A stretch of DNA of 64,000 bases, from assembly GCA_023701385.1 (NCBI GenBank), contig JAMPXC010000010.1, positions 12,502 through 76,501 on the forward strand, written 5' to 3'. Within the stretch, counting starts at the first letter, position 1. The number at the start of each line of letters is the position of its first letter. The DNA comes from Pseudobdellovibrio sp. GTDB taxonomy: Bacteria; Bdellovibrionota; Bdellovibrionia; Bdellovibrionales; Bdellovibrionaceae. The translations under genes and the position numbers were made by a program. The notes under the pieces are model-generated. The model was not told the DNA's origin. It saw only the letters and a program-made list of their open reading frames with translations, and did no database searches. This document shows positions 10,601 to 18,391 of the stretch, one piece after another.

Positions 10601-12692
10601 AAACAATTGATCCTGCAATATACGGCGAAATCATTCCTGATGTCGCGGTGACCGATACCCCTTGGATATTAGCCGAAGTTGTGATTGACCCGCTGGTATT
10701 GACATTACCGGCTACTCCTAAACCACCCCTAACAATCAACGCACCGGTGTCTGATGACGTAGAAGCGGTCGTCGAAGAGACAATTACTGATCCCGTTGGT
10801 GTGATCGTCATATTTCCAGAAGAATTAATATTTGAGGCGTTATCAAGCGTTCCTGCACTTGAACCGGTGGCAATCGCTCGGCGGGTGTTCGAGCCATCTG
10901 TTAAATAGAAAAAACTTCCGTCATACTCCATTGTTCCTGATTGCGGTGATGTCAGTAATGTTCCAGACGTGAACTTGAACGAAGCCATACTGGATGTGCC
11001 TGGTGCTAAATGTAATTTCGCTGAAGGAGACGATGTGCCAATACCGACATTACCATTCGGGTTAATAGTCAGATCTATTCCCCCAGTTGTGAAAATAAGT
11101 TTATTTACTGACGGAGAATAAATAGCCGGGCCATTTGAAAAAGAGTAACCCGTTGCTTGCGCCGATCCGTTCAATTGAAACGGATAATCTGAATACACGG
11201 TATAACCGTCAATTTCGAAACCTGATCCCAAATTGATAACGCCGCTGCCATCAATCCAAAGACGGTCTGTGCCTGAGGTCGCAATCGAAATTTGGTCAGC
11301 ACCTGAAGAATAAATTCCGGTATTTGTATCTCCGTTAAACGTATAAGCCGGAGCATTTGCATTGCCCGCGATAGCCTGCAGTTGTCCTGTCATTGCTACC
11401 GAGCCATCTTTTTTAAAATCACCTAATGAGGTGCCGCTTGCGGCCGGAGTATAACCCAATGCCGCAATGATCGCCGCACTTGTTGTTGATTGATTAATCC
11501 AAGATAAATTTCCTAAACCGTCAGTTGATAAAACTTGGCCTGCGGTGCCACTTGTAGTCGGTAAATTTAAAATGTAATTGGCACTTAGACTTGTGGGTGC
11601 TTGTAACCGAATATTAAAACTTGTGCTTGGTCTATAGATATCGGTGTAATTTATTTTTGCCGCGTTGGCATAAAGATCGTTAACTGTGACGTTGCCTGAA
11701 GAATTTCTTTTTACAATCGTATCAACTGTTGACGACGAAGTTGCTGCTAACGTGTCATCGACACTTGATGAAATTTGTGCAGCAGTTTTTCCGCCGACAT
11801 TAACCACACTGTTTGATGAAATTGAACCGCTCACATCACCCGATAAATTCGTTGAAGAAATTTGGGCGGCCACAGCACTGGCACTGACCGGGGCATAACC
11901 TAAAGTATTTGCAATCTGCGTAGCACTTGCAGAAAGTTTGGCCTTAAATTCGGCGTAATCAAGCGAAGTTAAATACCCGTCACTTGACATCGATGCCACA
12001 TTAATTGAAATCACCGGAGAACTTGCCGTTCCTGCCGTGGTCAAAACTGTTCCGCTTGTGGTTACACTGGTGATACCGCCACCGCCTCCACTAATAGCCA
12101 CACAACTAAAACTTACGCCATTAAAAGTAATCGCTTGTGTTGCCGGATTACAATTTAAAGCGGCTAATGTTGCATTTTCAACAAATGCCGTATCAGGCTT
12201 ACCGTTAAGTGTTTGTGCATCGTTTGATTTATTGGCGTACATTGCATACGGAACCGCATTGATCGCCATGGCGGGTAAAGTTTGCCAACCGCTGCCATCG
12301 TTAAACTGCATCACAATTTTACGCGTATCATTTGGGCCAGGATTATAAGCGCCCGGAGTTTGGCAGTTAAACAACGGCACTGAATTATCAAAAATTTGCG
12401 CAAATGTTTGCGACGTGCCACTGACCGGAAAAGAGCGAGTTCCGTTTCCTAAAGCAAAAGAAATTAAACCGCTACCACCTGACATATTAACGCCAGTGTA
12501 ATCTTCAACATAAAGAACACAGCTTCCAACAGAATCTAAAACTGTGAAACGGAAATTAACACTCGCCGCTTCAAGTGGATACCCATCAGGCTTAACGATT
12601 TTGGCCTGGTAGGTCGTTCTTCCGTTCATAGCAAACACTGTGGCCGCGAAGAAAACAGTGCTCATAATAATAAGAAGAAAAAAACTACGCAT
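7662..12692 (-). CDS. MAT-type phage-tail-fibre-like adhesin 2 with S74 chaperone
   Basis: Same N-domain; GNVGIGT repeats; CSSDARLKEN S74 motif; YLCNQNTSAPFC tail. ATG 12692 is preferred over TTG 12698. Confidence 0.88.
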   Translation of the reverse strand: MRSFFLLIIMSTVFFAATVFAMNGRTTYQAKIVKPDGYPLEAASVNFRFTVLDSVGSCVLYVEDYTGVNMSGGSGLISFALGNGTRSFPVSGTSQTFAQIFDNSVPLFNCQTPGAYNPGPNDTRKIVMQFNDGSGWQTLPAMAINAVPYAMYANKSNDAQTLNGKPDTAFVENATLAALNCNPATQAITFNGVSFSCVAISGGGGGITSVTTSGTVLTTAGTASSPVISINVASMSSDGYLTSLDYAEFKAKLSASATQIANTLGYAPVSASAVAAQISSTNLSGDVSGSISSNSVVNVGGKTAAQISSSVDDTLAATSSSTVDTIVKRNSSGNVTVNDLYANAAKINYTDIYRPSTSFNIRLQAPTSLSANYILNLPTTSGTAGQVLSTDGLGNLSWINQSTTSAAIIAALGYTPAASGTSLGDFKKDGSVAMTGQLQAIAGNANAPAYTFNGDTNTGIYSSGADQISIATSGTDRLWIDGSGVINLGSGFEIDGYTVYSDYPFQLNGSAQATGYSFSNGPAIYSPSVNKLIFTTGGIDLTINPNGNVGIGTSSPSAKLHLAPGTSSMASFKFTSGTLLTSPQSGTMEYDGSFFYLTDGSNTRRAIATGSSAGTLDNASNINSSGNMTITPTGSVIVSSTTASTSSDTGALIVRGGLGVAGNVNTSGSITTSANIQGVSVTATSGMISPYIAGSIVSGGSLVLDSTTHANKGNILLAPNSGYVGIGTNTPNSVLSIGSNIGTGYAITANSTTPYGAIIQTSEGAPSSNAAFWVRTTPDSGATINTLFRVQNNGNVGIGTANPTADLTVFDKGGANENALGIDGAAGTHREVSFMTSGVSRWIMGVNDASESGSNAGSNFYLNSYNDAGAYLATNFSINRATGNVGIGTNAPQRRLVVREDSGSTNTALYNAQTTGASIVFSMRSDTTGVGASAFQEAGGVATRVTDHNHATYSGDLEFFNAGAGAVSTKMIIKGSGNVGIGTQSPSAKLHIVDESTAMPRNLVIDNYSVGGNAAQIWGRAARGNSGAPTAVQAGDPLLNLIGGAYDGTSFNEVGHIRVIAESNQSSSVHNSFIEFTTASGTTLTEQMRITSNGNVGIGTVSPNGKLNVLGDWNGSYGAVTLQGDKPTIRFSSTSGTIGGGNHWLIHQGNGDSTNPGSLDFYQSTDGTAWGISKLKIAPSGNVGIGTNTPVTKLQIGSPFSGVVTGWSVSRTMGVMMGDDSDNFYIGLENNGSNEKYATLIWGDDGTEPLLFKTNDANGVVTERARMTANGNFGVGTTNPSARVSVYGFAAAEKGLDVMAKYNCPSGDTTGTCGVTDENTGVNTLQRWGFSTHPDTWNLALKRNHQAWGNVSYDFVAKDSGTETTALSIKYNGNVGIATVSATAKLHIDNTTANPNVLPGFKVENSINGTTGSGMTIDTGQGQGLTNLVGGAVIASDGTGYKYLGARGASRILLGDGTISFFTGNTAIGTANQTVTWSGAVPESLHISSAGYVGIGITTPNEKLHVVGNLRVQGSTDCTLGNGAGGTNCSSDARLKENVKPIPYALEKINSLKGVEFDWNEKSLSHGRHDIGVIAQDVEKVFPTAVMNDKNTGYKKVDYAVLVAPVIQAVKELYAFVVNRFEKQDRQIASKADSAEVQALKTKTEKLESENLQLKQQNETIKAYLCNQNTSAPFCN

Positions 12693-12699
12693 AAACAAC

Positions 12700-12707
12700 T
12701 CATCGGT
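12700..12707 (-). promoter_or_regulatory. sigma28-like -10 box (ACCGATGA) of fibre gene 2
   Basis: 7 nt before ATG 12692; TAGA lies 16 nt upstream; no SD. Confidence 0.5.
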
Positions 12708-12735
12708 TAAATATATAAATTGATCTATTCCGGAG

Positions 12736-12751
12736 TACGCTCCGGAGCGTA
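12736..12751. repeat. Perfect 16-bp palindrome TACGCTCCGGAGCGTA between fibre genes 3 and 2
   Basis: Self-complementary by inspection; it overlaps an alternative stem TCCGGAG-TACG-CTCCGGA. Confidence 0.85.
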
Positions 12752-12758
12752 AAAAGTC

Positions 12759-15700
12759 TTACTTGCTATTCAGTGCTTTTTCAATTTTCTCAAGACGAGA
12801 CTTTATGGCTTCATTCTCTTGTTCAAGACTTTGGATCTTTCGCTCTTTAGCTGCATTCTCAGTTTCTAGCTGCTGAACCTTAGCCTCGATACTTGCGATC
12901 TGTCTGTCTTGAGAAACATTTTGCTCTTTTTCTTTGACCACAAGGTTATACAATTCTTTAACTGCCTGGATAATCGGGGCCACTAAAATAGCATAATCCA
13001 CTTTTTTATAACCCGTATTTTTATCGTTCATCACCGCTGTCGGAAAAACTTTTTCTACATCTTGCGCGATCACACCGATATCATGTCGGCCATAGCTTAA
13101 TGATTTTTCATTCCAATCAAACTCAACACCTTTTAAAGAATTAATTTTTTCTAGAGCATATGGAATTGGTTTAATATTTTCTTTTAATCGCGCATCAGAT
13201 GAACAGTTCGTACCACCTGCACCATTTCCCAAAGTACAATCGGTTGAACCTTGCACACGTAAATTACCCACAACATGAAGTTTCTCAGATGGTGTCACCG
13301 TTCCTAGACCCATGCTTCCGGAACTTTTGATGATCACGGTGTCGGTACCCGCAGCGTTGGTCATATAGAAATCATAAAACTGATCAATTCGTGTACGAAA
13401 TTGTCCAGCAGCATCTGTTGTTCTAAACGTGTTGGTAGCATCATCACCTTTAACATCCAGTTTTGAACCAGGAGTTATCATACCAATACCGACGTTTCCA
13501 GTTGCAGTTCCGGCAATGAAGGCCCACTGCGTGTTACCTGCCGGATTCACAAACTGAATTGTTCCATAAGGAGAACCTTGTGAATTTCCTTTAATGCGAA
13601 TCGCTCCGTCAGTGGCTCCGCCAGTATTGGTATCGCGCGCTTCGATAGTTCCTGCTACTTCGAATAGACGATCAGGATACTGTGTTCCAACACCGACGTT
13701 ACCACCAAAAGGTTGCAACGATAAATTTCTATACGTGCCACTATCTGCCGAACTAAGCCCCCAGACATTTTCATTTGTCCAACCGATCGCTAAATAATCT
13801 CCGTCGGTTGATTGAGAATTTCTAAAATAGGTATTGGCACCGGTTCCATTTGATATCAAGGTATTTGAATTAGAAACATCAAGTTTTGCAGCGGGAGTGG
13901 TTGTTCCTATTCCAACGCCACCCGAATTTAAAACTGTCATAAGATATTTCGTGCCACCGTTAGCTCTGAAACTAAAACCTGCATTTGTGCCCGTATTAGG
14001 GTTGTCGGCATCAAAATAAAAGTTTCCATCTTGGTTATAAGTTATGGTCCCGACACTACCACTGGCATTTTCAGTGTCTTCAAAAGCGATATACGGATAC
14101 GGATCTTTAATATGTAACTTACGTGCTGGACTAGCCGTTCCGATTCCGACATTACCGTCTGCACGAATGGCCATGACAGGAGCTACACCCTGAAAACCAA
14201 AATCTAATCTGTTCTGATTTGAATTGTTACCAATATAAGTAAAAGCAATGTCAGCAGCATTATAGGTTGTACTTATGTCATGCCCTAATTTTATATAATT
14301 TGATGAGTTTGTCGGTTGATTTGGCTGTACAAAAAGGCCATTGACTAAGCCTGAGCCCGTGCCGTTGTTTTGAATATGAAGAGGAACCGTTGGAGAAGTT
14401 GTTCCGATACCGACGCTTCCGCTGCTGACCAAAAGATTGTTATTAACCATGAGTTCGGCCGTAGCAACGTACACACTTGCACTCGCAGCACCAGGATCAC
14501 TCACGCCAAAGTTTAATGTGCTTGTCCAGCTAGAACTAGCATCCGTATCAACAGAAAAGAAATTTCCAACACCGGTAAAAACCGGAACATACACATAAAC
14601 ATCAAAAGCTGTGGCTGCACATCCGGCAGCATTACTCACAATTTTAACTTGTTGGATCATTTGCGATTGTCCGTAACGGTTAAAAACCGCCGAAGCACAA
14701 AAACCATTGGCGTCAACTGACGTGGCATTGCTTGTTCGTATTCTAACTTCAGACCATCCCATCTGAGGCATTTGAGCATTAAAACCTTGCCCGCCCTCAA
14801 AGCGAATAACAATATTACGCCCTTGCTGAGGTGCCGTCCACGTACCCACTTTAATCCATTGAGCCGTTGACGACGAATCACCTAAAGTCGGATTAGCAAC
14901 TCCGCCTCGAATGATCATAGACCCATTGACATCAAGCTTTGCAGCCGGAGTTGTTGTGCCGATACCGATGTTACCGGAGCCACTTTGATAAAAACCTTGG
15001 GTACCCGTGCCAGTCAGCATCGAATACGTAATATTGTTCGATGCATCGGCATTGATCGTGAAGCCGTTGGTGACACCCGTGATCCCGGCCAAGAAAATCG
15101 AAGTTGTGGTTGCCGCAGGGCCAACAACTTGCAGTTTGTAACCAGGCGCTGTCGTTCCAATACCCACGTTGCCGTTATCTTGGATACGCACTTTCTCACT
15201 CATAGTCCCGCTATATCGCGTACCAAATGAAAGATGCCCTTCGTTGGCTGTGCCCGAGTTAATAAAATCTATCTGAGCTCCGCCACCTGTGTACGAGCCG
15301 TTGTCAAAACGAATACCTGCACCGCGCGCGCCGATCACACTGCTGTTGTTGCGAAGAACTAAAGTTTGTTCGCCCGAGCTGTAAGCCGTACCGGTGTTAC
15401 CACCGACAACTTCCAGCGGGCCACCGGGAGTAGCTGTTCCGATACCGACGTTACCGCCATTCGGTGCAAGAAAAATATTTCCTTTTGTCGCGTGAGTTGT
15501 TGAATCTAAAGTTAAATTTCCAGAGGCGCTCACACTGCCCGCAATATACGGAGAAATTATTCCGCTTGTAGCAGTGACCGATACCCCTTGGATAGTACCG
15601 CCAGAGTTGATACTGCCGGCAACACCTAAACCGCCTTTAACAACAAGGGCCCCGGTTGATGAGTTTGTCGATGCGGTTGTCGCCGATACAACAACGCTTC

Positions 15701-18311
15701 CGGCTCCGCCGTTCGGATACATCGTGATATTTTCCGACGAATTTGAAATGAGTGAAGCATTGTCGTAAGTGCCAGCACCCGCAGTTGATGTGATTGTTCG
15801 GCGAGTGCTTGTGCCGTCGGTGAAATATAAATTATTTCCATCATACTCGAGAGCTCCAGTTTGCGGAGCTGTTAGCAATGTTCCAGAAGTTAATTTGAAT
15901 GAGGCTGTTGCACTTGTTCCTGATTTTAAATGTAAAACTGCAGATGGAGTTGTTAAACCGATACCAACGTTGCCGTCATTTTTTATAACCATGCGAGTTT
16001 GTTCAGTCGATGAACCGTCAGGCGAAGTTGTGAATTCAATTCGGCCAGGTATATCACTTACGCCAGTGGCGCCATCAACAACCATTTTTATACGCGCCGC
16101 TGTCTGATAGGCCGAACCATCATAGCCTCTAGCCCATAAAGTCGTGATCTCATCGTTTGACGAAACAAGCGTTGGTGCCGCTGTAGAACCACGGGATTTT
16201 TGAAAAATTTGATGAGCACCGAAACTATCACTCGAATTTCTTTCGACGGTCACAATTCCATTGCTACCGGCAATGTGAAGAGTTGTCGCCGGTGCACTTG
16301 TTCCGATCCCGACATTACCACCGGCAAGAATCGTCATTCGCGCCGCCGCATTTGTACCAAGAACAAGAGGAGCCGCAGTTGAAGTTCCCATGACTAATCC
16401 CGCACCAGAACCGTACATGGCCATAAGATTGTTGTTGGATAAACCAAAAGTTGTTCCCGCACGCGAACCACCGTAAATACCAAAATCTAAAAATTTTCCT
16501 GTCTCATTTGAAAATTGATCAAACGCGTACCCGGTCGCCGAATCAGTTTCAACTTTAGCATAAACGCCAGAACCTTTGACATGTAAAGGCTCTGAAGGAC
16601 TTGTTGTTCCAATTCCCACTTTGCCGGCATCATAATAAATATCACTTGCAGTTGTCGTCCACTGCGTCGGTGTTACAGATCCACTCGCTGCTGGAGTGTA
16701 ACCTAAAGCTGCTGTGACATCACCTGATACTAATTGTGCACCGCTAGTTACGCGGCCTTTGTCATCTACTGTGACTTTCGGGTAAGTACCCGCTGTTACG
16801 CCAGAGTTTGCTAAAATAATTGTATTTGACGCCGCAGCGATTGTGGCATCACCGATAAAACTTGGAAGTCGCGCGATGGCTAAGGTTCCTGTGGCCGAGG
16901 CACCGCCCAGATCAATGGTTGAAGCTGTTGCCAATGTGCCTAACCCTAAATTAGTTCTCGCTGTTGCGATATTTGTTAAATCAGAAAGGTTATTTGCTTT
17001 CTGCACGTAAGTTCCACTGACCGAATTATCTGCCGGAACATAACCTAATACCTGCGCGATACTCGCCGCACTTGATGTGATTTTATTACTAAAGCTCACG
17101 TAATCGGCGTTGGAAAGTAAACCCGCTGTCACAGTTCCTGTTGAAGCTAACGGAATATTTAAAGTATGCACTCCGTTTGAAGTATTAAAATTCGGGGCGG
17201 TGCCCCCCGCCCCAATGGCAAACGACTGTGTGCCGCTGGTTGAGCCGTTGAAATTTGTAATACCCGCGCCAGATACGCCGAATGCTTGCCATGAAGTGCC
17301 GTTACAGTATTCGATATTACTTGCGTTGTATCTTAATGTTCCCGCTAGAGCTGGTGCACATGTCGTGCTTTCAGTACCGATACGTACTCCGCCTGATACA
17401 TCAAGCGCAGTCACCGGCGTTGTAGTGCCGATGCCAACGTTACCCGTGTTATAAAAAATATTGGTTCCCGATGTCGTCCACTGTGAACTTGTTATCGTCG
17501 CAAAGCTTGCTGCTACTGAATTTTGTAAACTTGTGACTGAGCCTGATAGAGAGGCCACTGTTGATGAAACAGAAAATACTGTCGAAGAAACTGAAGAAAT
17601 ATTCGTCGTCGCTGAACTTAACGAATTTGACAGCGTGGTAAAGCTGACCGCATCTGCTGGCGTGTAGCCTAAAGCTGTTACGACACTTCCTGAAGTGACC
17701 CCGCCACCTACGGTTAAACAGCTGAAACTTACGCCGTTAAAATGAATGGCTTCATTAGCTTGGCAGTTAAGCGCTGCCAGCGTTGAGTATTCAACAAATG
17801 ATGTATCTGATTTTCCGTTAAGTTGAATTGAGTTTTCAGATTTACCCGCATACATCGAGTAAGGAACAGCATTGATCGTCATCGCCGGTAATGTTTGCCA
17901 ACCGGTTCCATCGTTAAACTGCATGACAATTTTTCGACCATCATTTGACGTTGGTAAATACACACCCATTGTCTGACATGAAAATGAAGGCGTTGAATTA
18001 TCAAAAATCGCAGCAAACGTAGCAGCAGTTCCACTGGTTGGAAATGATCTAACGCCGGCGCCCAATGCAAAGGCCACCACTCCGCCGCTGTCATACATAT
18101 TCACGGCCGTGTAGTCTTCAATATAAACTATGCAAGAAGCTGCGGGATCTAAGATCGTAAATCTGAAATTCACTGACGAAGATTGCAAAGGTTGGCCGTC
18201 GGGCTTAATAATTTTAGCTTGATAAGTTGTGCGAAATGGCGCCGCAAAAGCCAATGCTTTTGCTAAAAAAACCATAGCAAAAATAACGATTCGAATAAAC
18301 GTCCAGTTCAC
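12759..18311 (-). CDS. MAT-type phage-tail-fibre-like adhesin 3 with S74 chaperone
   Basis: GTG start; signal peptide; same N-domain; GNVGIGT repeats; a ~115 aa globular insert (QWIKVGTW...SSWTS); CSSDARLKEN S74 motif. Confidence 0.88.
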   Translation of the reverse strand: MNWTFIRIVIFAMVFLAKALAFAAPFRTTYQAKIIKPDGQPLQSSSVNFRFTILDPAASCIVYIEDYTAVNMYDSGGVVAFALGAGVRSFPTSGTAATFAAIFDNSTPSFSCQTMGVYLPTSNDGRKIVMQFNDGTGWQTLPAMTINAVPYSMYAGKSENSIQLNGKSDTSFVEYSTLAALNCQANEAIHFNGVSFSCLTVGGGVTSGSVVTALGYTPADAVSFTTLSNSLSSATTNISSVSSTVFSVSSTVASLSGSVTSLQNSVAASFATITSSQWTTSGTNIFYNTGNVGIGTTTPVTALDVSGGVRIGTESTTCAPALAGTLRYNASNIEYCNGTSWQAFGVSGAGITNFNGSTSGTQSFAIGAGGTAPNFNTSNGVHTLNIPLASTGTVTAGLLSNADYVSFSNKITSSAASIAQVLGYVPADNSVSGTYVQKANNLSDLTNIATARTNLGLGTLATASTIDLGGASATGTLAIARLPSFIGDATIAAASNTIILANSGVTAGTYPKVTVDDKGRVTSGAQLVSGDVTAALGYTPAASGSVTPTQWTTTASDIYYDAGKVGIGTTSPSEPLHVKGSGVYAKVETDSATGYAFDQFSNETGKFLDFGIYGGSRAGTTFGLSNNNLMAMYGSGAGLVMGTSTAAPLVLGTNAAARMTILAGGNVGIGTSAPATTLHIAGSNGIVTVERNSSDSFGAHQIFQKSRGSTAAPTLVSSNDEITTLWARGYDGSAYQTAARIKMVVDGATGVSDIPGRIEFTTSPDGSSTEQTRMVIKNDGNVGIGLTTPSAVLHLKSGTSATASFKLTSGTLLTAPQTGALEYDGNNLYFTDGTSTRRTITSTAGAGTYDNASLISNSSENITMYPNGGAGSVVVSATTASTNSSTGALVVKGGLGVAGSINSGGTIQGVSVTATSGIISPYIAGSVSASGNLTLDSTTHATKGNIFLAPNGGNVGIGTATPGGPLEVVGGNTGTAYSSGEQTLVLRNNSSVIGARGAGIRFDNGSYTGGGAQIDFINSGTANEGHLSFGTRYSGTMSEKVRIQDNGNVGIGTTAPGYKLQVVGPAATTTSIFLAGITGVTNGFTINADASNNITYSMLTGTGTQGFYQSGSGNIGIGTTTPAAKLDVNGSMIIRGGVANPTLGDSSSTAQWIKVGTWTAPQQGRNIVIRFEGGQGFNAQMPQMGWSEVRIRTSNATSVDANGFCASAVFNRYGQSQMIQQVKIVSNAAGCAATAFDVYVYVPVFTGVGNFFSVDTDASSSWTSTLNFGVSDPGAASASVYVATAELMVNNNLLVSSGSVGIGTTSPTVPLHIQNNGTGSGLVNGLFVQPNQPTNSSNYIKLGHDISTTYNAADIAFTYIGNNSNQNRLDFGFQGVAPVMAIRADGNVGIGTASPARKLHIKDPYPYIAFEDTENASGSVGTITYNQDGNFYFDADNPNTGTNAGFSFRANGGTKYLMTVLNSGGVGIGTTTPAAKLDVSNSNTLISNGTGANTYFRNSQSTDGDYLAIGWTNENVWGLSSADSGTYRNLSLQPFGGNVGVGTQYPDRLFEVAGTIEARDTNTGGATDGAIRIKGNSQGSPYGTIQFVNPAGNTQWAFIAGTATGNVGIGMITPGSKLDVKGDDATNTFRTTDAAGQFRTRIDQFYDFYMTNAAGTDTVIIKSSGSMGLGTVTPSEKLHVVGNLRVQGSTDCTLGNGAGGTNCSSDARLKENIKPIPYALEKINSLKGVEFDWNEKSLSYGRHDIGVIAQDVEKVFPTAVMNDKNTGYKKVDYAILVAPIIQAVKELYNLVVKEKEQNVSQDRQIASIEAKVQQLETENAAKERKIQSLEQENEAIKSRLEKIEKALNSK
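16651..17420. repeat. Copy 2 of the ~770 bp direct repeat shared by fibre genes 1 and 3
   Basis: See 5763-6532. Confidence 0.92.
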
Positions 18312-18318
18312 ATATTTC

Positions 18319-18326
18319 TTATCGGT
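18319..18326 (-). promoter_or_regulatory. sigma28-like -10 box (ACCGATAA) of fibre gene 3
   Basis: 7 nt before GTG 18311; no SD. Confidence 0.6.
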
Positions 18327-18391
18327 TCAAAGTGAAGTTTTCACCACTGCTCCGGGGCACTTAAGCAAAAAAATTGTGTTTCAAAATGAGA

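Noticed and set aside
5763-17420. Diversity-generating retroelement template/variable repeat pair
   Set aside because: Differences between the copies are mixed, mostly synonymous changes rather than adenine-specific ones; both copies are mid-gene; no reverse transcriptase in the window.
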